From a virus: a DNA stretch of 64,000 bases. The position numbers were made by a program, and so were the translations under genes. Within the stretch, counting starts at the first letter, position 1, and every line of letters begins with the position of its first letter. The stretch lies in the IMG/VR virus record IMGVR_UViG_3300020442_001264, positions 20,030 to 84,029 of that record. One strand, 5' to 3'. The notes beneath the pieces are model-generated. The model searched no databases. It was not told the origin of the DNA and saw only the letters and a list, made by a program, of their open reading frames with translations. Below, piece by piece: positions 28,459 to 38,670 of this stretch.

Positions 28459-29642
28459 TAACATCACAAATATTTTTAACAGATGACAAGTATGATGGTA
28501 CCCAATGGGGTAGAGGAGAAATTGTTTTACCTTCTAAATATCTATTTGACAGGAGGCGTTCACTTCTACCCAATGCAGAAAGAAAACAAGAAAGATGGTT
28601 AGCAGAAGATTTTTTCAATAAAAGATATAATGACCAAGAAAGATTTTTAATAACATTTGGTATTACAGAAATTCCAGAGAATCAAAATTATGATTTAGTA
28701 AAAGAAATTGTGCAAAAGGTTAAGAGCATCCAAAACATATCTTTACTTTTTACAAATGATACAGACTTATATGACCATGCTTCTTGGAATAGAGAAAAGC
28801 AATGGTTAGAAGCATTATCAGATATGCCTCATGAACGAGTATATTTTATATTAAACAACACATTGTCTGTACAAAAATTTAATACAATACTACCAAACAC
28901 AAATGTAGAGTTTGGCTCTGCCTTTTTACATAGATTTATAGATAAACAAACAACTCCACTAAAATTAAATTTTAAACCCAGAAGTAAACACTTTTTATGT
29001 TTGAACAGCAGACCAACTAAACATAGAGATATAATTTACAATAAGTTAAAGGATTATGGTACTGCTTGGATGAGTTATAGAATGAGAAATGTGTTTTTAC
29101 CAAATGAAGATAATCCTTGGAATAATAATCAAAAAGATGTATTTAAAAAAGATCCTGAACTGGCAAATAAATCAGTCGGAACATTTGCTGATGACCCCGA
29201 TGGGAATTGGGAAAAGTTTCAAGATATTATACCTGCAGAGTTTTATAATGACAGTTGTATATATGTTTGTACAGAATCTGTATTTGGTGCTGTACCAAGA
29301 TTAAATCCTTCTGATCCTGTAGTGAACAGTCATTGGTGGACGGAAAAACTTATTAAATCATTCTTTTATAGACTGCCAGTAATTGTAGTAGGCAATCCAC
29401 ACGTATTAGAATCTATAAGAAGTTTGGGATTTAAAACGTTTAGTGACTTCTGGAGTGAGTCATATGACCACAAAACAGACTCAGATAGGCGTATGCAAAA
29501 CATACTTGATATACTAGAATCTTTAAACAATATGCCTATATCAAAAATTAATGACATGTACTACAGCAAAGAAATGCAGGACATTCTTAATCACAACTAC
29601 AAAAACATGTTTTCCTTAAATGATAAATATGTATGTAGTTAA
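28455..29642 (+). CDS. TEK-motif glycosyltransferase-like protein
   Basis: FLCLNSRPTKHR, VCTES, WTEKLIK, GFKTFSDFWSESYD, HN. Confidence 0.55.
   Translation: MITSQIFLTDDKYDGTQWGRGEIVLPSKYLFDRRRSLLPNAERKQERWLAEDFFNKRYNDQERFLITFGITEIPENQNYDLVKEIVQKVKSIQNISLLFTNDTDLYDHASWNREKQWLEALSDMPHERVYFILNNTLSVQKFNTILPNTNVEFGSAFLHRFIDKQTTPLKLNFKPRSKHFLCLNSRPTKHRDIIYNKLKDYGTAWMSYRMRNVFLPNEDNPWNNNQKDVFKKDPELANKSVGTFADDPDGNWEKFQDIIPAEFYNDSCIYVCTESVFGAVPRLNPSDPVVNSHWWTEKLIKSFFYRLPVIVVGNPHVLESIRSLGFKTFSDFWSESYDHKTDSDRRMQNILDILESLNNMPISKINDMYYSKEMQDILNHNYKNMFSLNDKYVCS
29622..29642 (+). promoter_or_regulatory. Late-promoter-like element with extended motif shared with 17825
   Basis: GATAAATATGTATGTAGTTAA here versus GATAAATATGTGCGTAGTTAA at 17825 (19/21 identical). 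Confidence 0.6.
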
Positions 29643-29680
29643 TTCTACACACACAACAAACTAAAAATTAGGAGATAAAA

Positions 29681-30997
29681 ATGGCCTCAATCGGATTTAT
29701 CGGAGTGGGTAAGTTAGGACAAGCCTGCGCCGAGATGGTCGCCGAGGTACATGATGTTGTGGGATATGATATTAATCCTGTAGAGCCTGAAAACTTTACA
29801 ATGGTTAATAAAATGGAGGATGCTGTAAAAGGAAAAGACATTGTCTTTATTGCAGTTCAAACTCCACATGATCCACAATATGATGGAAAAGCACCTACCA
29901 GCCATTTACCCAACAAGGACTTCGATTACAGTACTGTAAAAAATGTTCTTAGCCAGGTAAATGCTGTGGCGACAAAAGAACAATTAGTAGTCCTTATTTC
30001 AACTGTTTTACCAGGAACGGTAAGACGTGAATTTGTTCAACTTATTAACAATGCAAGATTTGTTTATAACCCATATTTAATTGCAATGGGTACAGTTAAG
30101 TGGGACATGGTTAATCCAGAAATGGTAATGATTGGAACTGAAGACGGTTCCGAAACTGGAGATGCCAAACAGTTAAGAGACTTTTATGATACCATCATGC
30201 AGAACGATCCCAACTATGTAATAGGTACATGGGACGAAGTAGAATGCATTAAAGTCTTTTACAACACCTTTATTAGTGCAAAAGTAAGTTTAGTAAACAT
30301 GATACAAGACGTTGCAGAAAAACAAGGTAACATCAACGCAGAAGTTGTATGTGATGCTTTAGCAAATTCAGATAGACGTATTATGGGACCAGGTTATATG
30401 AAGCCAGGCATGGGCGATGGTGGTGCTTGTCACCCAAGAGATAATATTGCTCTACGTTTTATGGCTGAAGAATTAAACTTGGGTTACGACTTATTCGATG
30501 CAGTAATGCGTAGTAGAGAAGTACAAGCAGAAAACATGGCTAAAACTCTTATGGAACACACCAACGGATTTATGCATGCCGGTAGAACATATGATGAGAA
30601 ACCTATTATAATTATTGGTAAAGCATACAAGCCTATGGTTCCATATGAAGCAGGTTCAAGCAGTATGCTTGTTGGACATTATGTCGAAAAGTTAGGTGGT
30701 ACACTATATTACTACGATGAACAAACAGGTGATATACCTCCAGCGGAAGTACTTAGTCAGCCAGCAGTATATTTACTAGCACACAATCCTCAAATCACTT
30801 ATGGTGAACAGTTAGATACTGTGCCTAGATGGTACGGTGACCATACTGTTACAGGAGAAGAAGCAAGTTTTATTACAACTGCTAATGGCACTAATGTAGG
30901 ATTTGCTGAAGGAAGTGTTGTTATAGACCCATGGAGGAAAACTCCAGACGCACCAGGAATAACTGTAATACATTACGGTAACACAAGGAATAGATAG
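29681..30997 (+). CDS. ugd: UDP-glucose/GDP-mannose dehydrogenase family protein
   Basis: GFIGVGKLG, AVQTP, STVLPGT, YNP, KVFYNTF, catalytic GGACHPRD; SD AGGAG. Confidence 0.88.
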   Translation: MASIGFIGVGKLGQACAEMVAEVHDVVGYDINPVEPENFTMVNKMEDAVKGKDIVFIAVQTPHDPQYDGKAPTSHLPNKDFDYSTVKNVLSQVNAVATKEQLVVLISTVLPGTVRREFVQLINNARFVYNPYLIAMGTVKWDMVNPEMVMIGTEDGSETGDAKQLRDFYDTIMQNDPNYVIGTWDEVECIKVFYNTFISAKVSLVNMIQDVAEKQGNINAEVVCDALANSDRRIMGPGYMKPGMGDGGACHPRDNIALRFMAEELNLGYDLFDAVMRSREVQAENMAKTLMEHTNGFMHAGRTYDEKPIIIIGKAYKPMVPYEAGSSSMLVGHYVEKLGGTLYYYDEQTGDIPPAEVLSQPAVYLLAHNPQITYGEQLDTVPRWYGDHTVTGEEASFITTANGTNVGFAEGSVVIDPWRKTPDAPGITVIHYGNTRNR

Positions 30998-31000
30998 GAT

Positions 31001-31792
31001 ATGGTTACGGATCAGGAAATACTAGACTATATCTTTTCTAAGTGGGGTAAGAAACAAGAGATGTTGCAACTCAACGAGCAATATCGCTATACCCCTCCTT
31101 ACCCTACATTACATTTAGAAGATTTTATTCCTGAGCATGTGTCTAAGGCATTATACGAAGAAAGTAAAACTATACCTGAAAAGTTTTGGACAACTTTTAC
31201 TAGAGCAGGTAGTTATATGGAAGAGTGTAATGATTTAGAAGAGGCACCGGTTGCCCGAGCAGTTGTTAGTGCAATGCATAGCAAACCATTTTTAAAATGG
31301 TTAAGTAAGATATGTGATGTACAACATCTACTTCCTGATCCGTATCTTGTGGGGGCAGGATACATGAAAAGTTACAAAGGTGATAGTTTGAAAATACATA
31401 CAGACTTTAACTGGAATGAAGAATGTCAAACACACAGAGCATTAAGTTTAATACTATACTTTACACCGGAGTGGGACGAAGAATGGCATGGTGACTTACA
31501 GTTTTGGGATTTTGATAAAAAGAAAAGAGTTACCAGTTTCCCACCCAAGATGGGTAATGTTGTAGTTTGGAAATATCACAAACGTGGCTTTCATGGTCAT
31601 CCAAATCCTATCGATTGTCCTGATGATAAATTTAGAGTAGGTTTTAGATTATTTTATTACATCAGTGACAGTATACATGACTGGAGAGATCCACCACATA
31701 AAAGTTTATATTGGTATGACAAAGATAAAAGCCAACCATATCATATAGAAACAGAATACGGACATGGAAAATTAGATGATAAAGAACGTTAA
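31001..31792 (+). CDS. 2OG-Fe(II) oxygenase
   Basis: HTDFN (HxD), GDLQFWD, FHGHP, distal R. Confidence 0.85.
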   Translation: MVTDQEILDYIFSKWGKKQEMLQLNEQYRYTPPYPTLHLEDFIPEHVSKALYEESKTIPEKFWTTFTRAGSYMEECNDLEEAPVARAVVSAMHSKPFLKWLSKICDVQHLLPDPYLVGAGYMKSYKGDSLKIHTDFNWNEECQTHRALSLILYFTPEWDEEWHGDLQFWDFDKKKRVTSFPPKMGNVVVWKYHKRGFHGHPNPIDCPDDKFRVGFRLFYYISDSIHDWRDPPHKSLYWYDKDKSQPYHIETEYGHGKLDDKER

Positions 31793-32783
31793 TCCAAACA
31801 ACAATTGGTGGATGTATGGATATGAAAATCCACTACATGAACTTGAAGCAGGTTATGAAGGTATTGATATATCACAAGTGCCAGCACAAGAATTTAAGGG
31901 TGGGTATGCTATACAAGATGATTATGTAACAAGAGAACTTGTTGACTATATGAAGTCAACAAATTGGAATAATTTTTTTGTAGCAGACGGTCATCACAAT
32001 CTACAAGTAGAATATAGAGAACTTTTTAAACGTTGGGTGCAATCAAGCAATTTAAATAAAATAAGATTTCAGAATTTAAATTTTGCATGTATTACTAACG
32101 GCACTTCAGAAGCATTCCAAATGTTTTTCTTGAGACACAATCAACGCCGCTTTAAATTTTTTAAAGGCGATTTTATGATGCATAAAGTTGCTAGTCATGT
32201 ATCACAGGTTGACTGGGAATGGATAGATGATAACGGTACTTTAGAATATGGTGATGCTTTAATAGTAAGTTGCCCATTTAGTGATACAGCAAGATTACCA
32301 GAAAACTTTGACGAGTGGATGGACTTAGCACATCGTTGTGACGTACCCGTATTGTTAGACATGGCATATTTTGGTACATGTGTAAATTTAGATATAGATA
32401 CAGAAAACTATCCTGCTATAGAAGAAATAACTTTTAGTTTAGGAAAAACATTTCCTATTATTGGTGCAAGAGCAGGTATAAGATTCCAAAGAGAATTAGT
32501 TGATGATCCTGTGACATTTGCAAATCAACATGGTATAGCAAATAATTTTGCATGTAAAATAGGTGTACATGCTATGACTAACTATAGTCCTGATTATATA
32601 CCTATAAAATATTACGATGCATATCATCAACTTTGTTTAAACCATGACTTATTACTTAGTAATTGTGTAATCTTTGCATTAAGTGATGACCAAAAATATA
32701 TGGAAATAAATAGAGGGAATACAAATACAAGACTTTGCCTAAGCAAATTTGTAAAGGAAAATTATGAGCTCAGCCAAAACTAA
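31776..32783 (+). CDS. PLP-dependent enzyme (fold type I)
   Basis: NGTSEAF, SCPFS, LLDMAY, FSLGKTF (Schiff-base Lys), RAGIR. Confidence 0.7.
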   Translation: MIKNVNPNNNWWMYGYENPLHELEAGYEGIDISQVPAQEFKGGYAIQDDYVTRELVDYMKSTNWNNFFVADGHHNLQVEYRELFKRWVQSSNLNKIRFQNLNFACITNGTSEAFQMFFLRHNQRRFKFFKGDFMMHKVASHVSQVDWEWIDDNGTLEYGDALIVSCPFSDTARLPENFDEWMDLAHRCDVPVLLDMAYFGTCVNLDIDTENYPAIEEITFSLGKTFPIIGARAGIRFQRELVDDPVTFANQHGIANNFACKIGVHAMTNYSPDYIPIKYYDAYHQLCLNHDLLLSNCVIFALSDDQKYMEINRGNTNTRLCLSKFVKENYELSQN

Positions 32784-34182
32784 CAGATATGGATTCCAGT
32801 ACGGAGCATTCGAAGAAAAAGAATTGTTCGATCCTGATTACAAATACTGTGCATTATTGTGGAGCCACATTAGCAACGAGCCAGGAGGTACAGTAAGAAC
32901 ATGCTGTATTGCTACAGAAAGAATTAAAGACGAAACTGGACAAGATTATAATCTGGGTGAACATGGTATGTTAGATATCTTGACTAGCAATACTATGAAA
33001 GAATATAGGAATCAAATAAGAAACGGAGAAGAAATACATAACTGTGAAACATGTTGGATAGATGAACGCAATGGCAAAGAATCAAAGAGACAACAATATA
33101 ACGAATATTATAAACAATGGTACGGACATGATGCTATTGTATGGAACGAAGAACCGACAAGATTAATAGATGCCCAATTAATTTTCGACAATACTTGTAA
33201 TTTAAAATGTAGAAGTTGCAATGCCAACTATAGTAGCAAGTGGAAAGAAGAAGCAGATGATAGAAAGATTCCTTATTGGGAGACTACTGCTAAAATAGAT
33301 ATGAATGATATAGAACGTAGTGCGTTTTGGAAAACATTAGATGAGTGGACTGAGAATGTATTACGTTTAGAAATAATGGGCGGTGAACCTTTCTATATGA
33401 AAGAGTTTAAAAAGTTTGTAGACTTTTTAATTGATACAGGCAGAGCAAAAAACATAGCATTAACATTAAGCACAAACGGAACTATAGCAGATAAAAACTT
33501 TTTAGATAAGATGGCTAAGAACTTTAAAGACTTAGCATTCAGTGTAAGCATAGATGGAATAGAAGACCAGTTTACATATTTAAGACATCCAGGAAAATGG
33601 AATGAAGTAAAAGAGAATTTAGATTATTATTATGAATTGCACAACAGTGAGTATCCTGTTTTTGTACAGATTACTCATACCGTAAGTGCATTAAACATTA
33701 TGTACTTGCCAGAGTTTCATAATTATTTTGAACAGCATTTTCCTAATTTTAAAATATGGAACAATGCAGTACATTATCCTAAATGGATATGTGCAAGTGT
33801 ATTGCCTAAGAAAGCAAAGAAACAAATTACAGATAAATTACTTAGACACAATTGGTTGCCTCAGTATAAAAGTGAGATACAAGCATTAATAGATTTTATG
33901 AATTCACCTTTATATGAAAACGGCTCTAGTGTAGTAGACAGTTTAAAAAGTAAATTTGATGAAGAAAAATTAAAATTCTTTGACCAAAGAAGCATAGAAA
34001 AGAAATGGGAAATTTTTAAATCACAGATAGTAGGAGGTGACATATACAGAGAAGAAAACTTTGTTCAGGTATTCCCTGAATTATATGAACTAATAAAAGA
34101 TGATTTTGATTATACAAAAGAATATGAAACTGTGTCGACAGCAGGATTCTTGCCAGTTAGTCAGGGAGAGTATAGCAATTGA
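32764..34182 (+). CDS. Radical SAM protein with N-terminal twitch-like domain (#4)
   Basis: CALLW..CC..CETCW; CNLKCRSC; MGGEPF; STNG; SIDG. Confidence 0.9.
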   Translation: MSSAKTNRYGFQYGAFEEKELFDPDYKYCALLWSHISNEPGGTVRTCCIATERIKDETGQDYNLGEHGMLDILTSNTMKEYRNQIRNGEEIHNCETCWIDERNGKESKRQQYNEYYKQWYGHDAIVWNEEPTRLIDAQLIFDNTCNLKCRSCNANYSSKWKEEADDRKIPYWETTAKIDMNDIERSAFWKTLDEWTENVLRLEIMGGEPFYMKEFKKFVDFLIDTGRAKNIALTLSTNGTIADKNFLDKMAKNFKDLAFSVSIDGIEDQFTYLRHPGKWNEVKENLDYYYELHNSEYPVFVQITHTVSALNIMYLPEFHNYFEQHFPNFKIWNNAVHYPKWICASVLPKKAKKQITDKLLRHNWLPQYKSEIQALIDFMNSPLYENGSSVVDSLKSKFDEEKLKFFDQRSIEKKWEIFKSQIVGGDIYREENFVQVFPELYELIKDDFDYTKEYETVSTAGFLPVSQGEYSN

Positions 34183-35438
34183 GTAAGACATATTGCCCAC
34201 TACCTTGGAATCACTTAGCAACACACCCGCACGGTGGTGTAACATTGTGCTGTATAAGTGACCATACTGATGGTTTGAATCGAGCAAGGAATTATAAGGA
34301 GGAACATAACGAATTCTTTGATTTAAATAAACAAACAATAAACGAACATATGAATAGCGACTACTACAAAGAAGTTCGCTTAGAAATGTTAAATAATAAG
34401 AAACCTAAAGCATGTATGCGATGTTATGAGGAAGAAGATAAAGGAATAAAAAGTAAGAGACAACATGAGACCGAAGTATTTAGACAGAACTCCCCCGATT
34501 GGGCATCCAAACTTACTAGTGAGGACGGGAGTATTCCTATGGATCTGCGTTTTGTTGAGTTGCGTCTTGGCAATGTATGTAACGTCCGTTGTCGTACATG
34601 CAATCCTGCAAGTTCCAGTAAATGGTTGGAAGACTATAAAAGCATTGTTCAAAAAGCAGACTTCGTCAACAAAGGATATCTAGGATTAAATTTTCCAGAT
34701 GACTTTAAGTGGGCAGAAGATGATAACTTTTATAATGACTTATATGAGTCTGCTCCAAACTTAGAACTACTTTATATTAATGGAGGAGAGCCTACATTAA
34801 TTAAACAACACTGGACTTACTTAAGAAAATTAGTAGAAAGCGGAAGGAGTAAAAATATAATTTTATGGTACAACATTAATTGTACTATGTTGCCACCAAT
34901 TGCTTTAGACTTGTGGCCCGAGTTTAAAGAAGCAAGAATATGTTTAAGCATTGATGACTTGGAAGATAGAAATGCTTTTATACGTTCAGGCACAGAGTGG
35001 CAGGCTGTTTGCAATACTGTAAACAAACTTAAAGATAATGAAGATAAATTAACTTTAAGAATAACGCAGACTGTTAGTGCATATAACTATGCTACATTAC
35101 CTGAGTTTTTTGAATGGGCTAAAAGCATTGGGATAGAAGTTGATATGAACTTTGTGTATGATCCTGATTACCTAAGTCCCATGGTTATACCACCTAGGGC
35201 AAGAGAGTTGATACATACACGATTCAGAAAACTATTAGGTAATGACCACAAACTAGGAACATTGTTGAGTATGTTTAATACTCCAGAGTGGGACGAGTTG
35301 AAGTGGGAACAGTTTTGTCGTTTCAACGACTTGTTAGATAAAAACGATACTGACTTAGGAAAAGTTTCTAATTGGAGAAATACATTTACTGAGTTATGTG
35401 AGGTTGTAGAGAAAAGTGGAAGTACTACGATATACTAA
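34179..35438 (+). CDS. Radical SAM protein with N-terminal twitch-like domain (#5)
   Basis: TTG start; CPLPW..CC..CMRCY; CNVRCRTC; NGGEPT. Confidence 0.9.
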   Translation: MSKTYCPLPWNHLATHPHGGVTLCCISDHTDGLNRARNYKEEHNEFFDLNKQTINEHMNSDYYKEVRLEMLNNKKPKACMRCYEEEDKGIKSKRQHETEVFRQNSPDWASKLTSEDGSIPMDLRFVELRLGNVCNVRCRTCNPASSSKWLEDYKSIVQKADFVNKGYLGLNFPDDFKWAEDDNFYNDLYESAPNLELLYINGGEPTLIKQHWTYLRKLVESGRSKNIILWYNINCTMLPPIALDLWPEFKEARICLSIDDLEDRNAFIRSGTEWQAVCNTVNKLKDNEDKLTLRITQTVSAYNYATLPEFFEWAKSIGIEVDMNFVYDPDYLSPMVIPPRARELIHTRFRKLLGNDHKLGTLLSMFNTPEWDELKWEQFCRFNDLLDKNDTDLGKVSNWRNTFTELCEVVEKSGSTTIY

Positions 35439-36177
35439 ACCAAAAGGCGATGCCTTAAGATGGGTTGCACATGCAGGATTACTTGCAGGCTTGCTCATGG
35501 GTCCTAACAATTATTGGTGGGCAACACTAGGCGTATACTGTTGGTTTGCTAGTATAGGATTATTTGTAGGACAACACAGATACTTTGCACATAGAAGTTT
35601 TAGAACAAACAAGTTTTGGGAAACTATTTTAAACATATCTGGAACATTAGCAAGTTTAACAAGCACGTTTGGATATGTTATAAAACACAGAGAACATCAT
35701 AAAGATTCAGATGGAAAGAATGATCCTCATAGTCCACATCATATGTCAGCATGGAAAAGTTGGACATTAGGATTAAAAGATGACAAGTATGATATAAAAC
35801 TAGGCAGGGACTGGATTCGTAATAAAGGTGTTATGCATACACATGTAAACTTCTTTGCTTATATTATTGCGTACAACATATTGTTAGCATTTATAGACCC
35901 TTGGCTTGTGTTATATGCATACTTGATGCCTGTTAGTTTGTGTGTATGGGCAACTGGTGCCTTTAACACATGGGGACATGGAAAAGGATTATCAAGTTTA
36001 GGTTACAGGACTTGGGACACAAAAGACCAAAGTGTAAATCATCATTTAGTAAATGTAATTACATTTGGAGAAGGCTGGCATAACAATCACCACAACAATC
36101 CAAGTGATTGGAGACATGGACAAGAGTGGTGGGAATGGGATTTTAACGCATGGGTAATAAAATTAATAAAACAATAG
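35416..36177 (+). CDS. Membrane fatty-acid (delta-9-like) desaturase
   Basis: His boxes HRYFAH, HREHH, HNNHH; DPHSP; GEGWHNNHH. Confidence 0.9.
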   Translation: MEVLRYTKPKGDALRWVAHAGLLAGLLMGPNNYWWATLGVYCWFASIGLFVGQHRYFAHRSFRTNKFWETILNISGTLASLTSTFGYVIKHREHHKDSDGKNDPHSPHHMSAWKSWTLGLKDDKYDIKLGRDWIRNKGVMHTHVNFFAYIIAYNILLAFIDPWLVLYAYLMPVSLCVWATGAFNTWGHGKGLSSLGYRTWDTKDQSVNHHLVNVITFGEGWHNNHHNNPSDWRHGQEWWEWDFNAWVIKLIKQ

Positions 36178-37454
36178 ACGAGATAAAAGAATTAGCAAAG
36201 GGCGATGCTTTTTGTATCCTTCCTTGGATACACATGCACCCATGGCCCGATGGTAGAGTGTTTACTTGTTGTCTGAGCGAACATCATAGTCCAATTGGCA
36301 ATTTAAATGAAATGGACTTAGACGAATGTTACAACAGTGACAATATGAAAAAGTTTAGATTGGACATGCTTAACAACAAAAAGATTTCTAATTGTACAAG
36401 ATGTTATGAACTAGAAGATATAGGGCACGACACTTTGCGTAAAAGAAGTAACAGCGAATTTATAGAAGAAAAATTTGCATACCACAACAACAAAGCAGAA
36501 ATTGTACAGCAAACAAATGATGATGGTAGTGTTGATAAAGTTCACTTAACTTATATGGATATACGTTTTAGTAATATATGCAATATGAGATGTAGAACAT
36601 GCGGACCTGATTTAAGTAGTCAATGGTTTGAAGATGCAGTAGACAGTAAGTTCAATAGAACACCTACACAAAAGATATTACAAATAAGAAAAGGTAATAC
36701 TGCATTTATGGAACAATTTGATCCATACTTAGATACAGTAGAGAAAATATATTGGGCAGGCGGTGAGCCGTTGATAATGGACGAGCATTGGTATATAATG
36801 AATAAGTTAGTTGAGATGGGCAGAACTAAAAAAGAAACTCCTATGAGAATCTTTTACAATACAAACTTTAGTAAATTAACATACAAGGATCAAGATGCTA
36901 TAGAGTTGTGGAAAAACTTTGATGAGGTTAGTGTAGGTGCAAGTTTAGATGCTGGTTGGAAGAAAGGAGAGTACTTACGCAAAGGTACAATATGGAGTGA
37001 AACACTTGCAAACAGAGAACGTATGAAACAAGAACTACCAGACAAAGACTTTAATATAAGTTGTACAGTCAGTATGTTTAATGCGTTAGATGTCTGCGAC
37101 TTTTATAAAAAGTTATGTGAGATAGAATTTATAGAACCTAAGGACTTTGGTATTAATATATTATTAGGTAAGCATGTACATAGGGCAACAGTATTGCCTG
37201 AACACATGAGAAAGCAAGTCCAAAAGAACATTGAAGAAACATTAGACTGGATAGGCGACCGTGATACAGTTGGTCGTGTTACAGATACATTTAAAAGTTT
37301 ACATCAGTTTATGGATGGTGATGATAGTCATTTGTTATCTGATAGTTTACAAGAATGTAAAGAGATGGATAGATTTAGAAGTGAAACATTGTTTGATGTG
37401 TTTCCAGAATTAGAAGATTTACGACCTTACTATGATGAGGAAATTGATGACTAG
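36150..37454 (+). CDS. Radical SAM protein with N-terminal twitch-like domain (#6)
   Basis: CILPW..CC..CTRCY; CNMRCRTC; AGGEPL. Confidence 0.9.
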   Translation: MGNKINKTIDEIKELAKGDAFCILPWIHMHPWPDGRVFTCCLSEHHSPIGNLNEMDLDECYNSDNMKKFRLDMLNNKKISNCTRCYELEDIGHDTLRKRSNSEFIEEKFAYHNNKAEIVQQTNDDGSVDKVHLTYMDIRFSNICNMRCRTCGPDLSSQWFEDAVDSKFNRTPTQKILQIRKGNTAFMEQFDPYLDTVEKIYWAGGEPLIMDEHWYIMNKLVEMGRTKKETPMRIFYNTNFSKLTYKDQDAIELWKNFDEVSVGASLDAGWKKGEYLRKGTIWSETLANRERMKQELPDKDFNISCTVSMFNALDVCDFYKKLCEIEFIEPKDFGINILLGKHVHRATVLPEHMRKQVQKNIEETLDWIGDRDTVGRVTDTFKSLHQFMDGDDSHLLSDSLQECKEMDRFRSETLFDVFPELEDLRPYYDEEIDD

Positions 37455-38670
37455 ACCAGAACATTTTTGCATACTACCTTGGATTAATCAAGAGGCTCGC
37501 ACCAATGGAGAGATTGGTGTGTGCTGTGTTATGCAAGAAACAGCACCAGGGATAAATTTAGCAGACGGTCATACATTAAAAGATGCATGGGACAGCGAAT
37601 GGTTAGCAAATCTAAAACAAGATTTTTTAGATGGTAAAAAGCCTAAGGCATGTTACAACTGCTGGAATGAAGAAGAAGCAGGCATTGAAAGTAAACGTTT
37701 ACGTGAACTTAAAAAATTTCCTCATCACTTAGATAACCTGGACCATATAAAACCAAAGAGCATGGATTTAAAATTAGGAAATATTTGTAATACAAAGTGT
37801 AGAATATGTACAGGATTTGCTAGTAGTCAATGGGTGCCAGAAGAAATAGAACGAGACGGTGACACAAATCAGTTTGCACATCTTATGGGCAGACTAGGAC
37901 GTTGGCCCGAGCTCAATGAAAAGTTTTGGGAAGATATAGAAAATCAAATTGAAGAAGTAGAAAGTTTAGAGTTTTTTGGTGGAGAACCTTTTTTAATAAA
38001 AAGACATTTTGATATATTGCAAACATTAGTAGACAAAGGTAGAGCAAAAGATATTACATTGAGTTACAACACAAATGGTTCTATATACCCAGAGCAGTAT
38101 ATGGATTTACTTAAACAGTTTAAAGACGTTCAAGTATTTTTTAGTATAGACGGAGTAGATGAAAGATTTAATTATATTAGACATCCACAACAGTTTAATG
38201 AAGTAATAGAAAATTATTGGAAGTTTAAAAACACAGAATTTATTAGAACAAATATTTTTTATACTGTGAGTATATTTAATATTATGTATATGGATGAATT
38301 GTTACAGTTTCAATTAGATAATAACATTGATACTGAAATTCATTTCAATATGGTATATGTTCCACAACACATAAGTCCTAAAGCATTGCCTAAAAAAGTA
38401 AAACAAGTAATCACAGATAAATTTAAAGGTAATAATGATCCTAGAATACAAAGTACTTTGAATTTTATGAATCAAGAAGATTACGAAGGATACATGGATG
38501 AGTTTGTAAGACAAACATCATTCAGTGACAAATACAGAGGAGAAAGTTTTGCAGAAACATTTCCTGAACTATGGCAATACATGGAACCTTATTTTAAAAA
38601 TGAAAGTGTAATGGAATTAATGGACACTATGGATCATATAAATTTATTAGACAAGCACGATAAGATATGA
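37447..38670 (+). CDS. Radical SAM protein with N-terminal twitch-like domain (#7)
   Basis: CILPW..CC..CYNCW; CNTKCRIC; FGGEPF; NTNG; SIDG. Likely start ATG 37447. Confidence 0.9.
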   Translation: MTRPEHFCILPWINQEARTNGEIGVCCVMQETAPGINLADGHTLKDAWDSEWLANLKQDFLDGKKPKACYNCWNEEEAGIESKRLRELKKFPHHLDNLDHIKPKSMDLKLGNICNTKCRICTGFASSQWVPEEIERDGDTNQFAHLMGRLGRWPELNEKFWEDIENQIEEVESLEFFGGEPFLIKRHFDILQTLVDKGRAKDITLSYNTNGSIYPEQYMDLLKQFKDVQVFFSIDGVDERFNYIRHPQQFNEVIENYWKFKNTEFIRTNIFYTVSIFNIMYMDELLQFQLDNNIDTEIHFNMVYVPQHISPKALPKKVKQVITDKFKGNNDPRIQSTLNFMNQEDYEGYMDEFVRQTSFSDKYRGESFAETFPELWQYMEPYFKNESVMELMDTMDHINLLDKHDKI

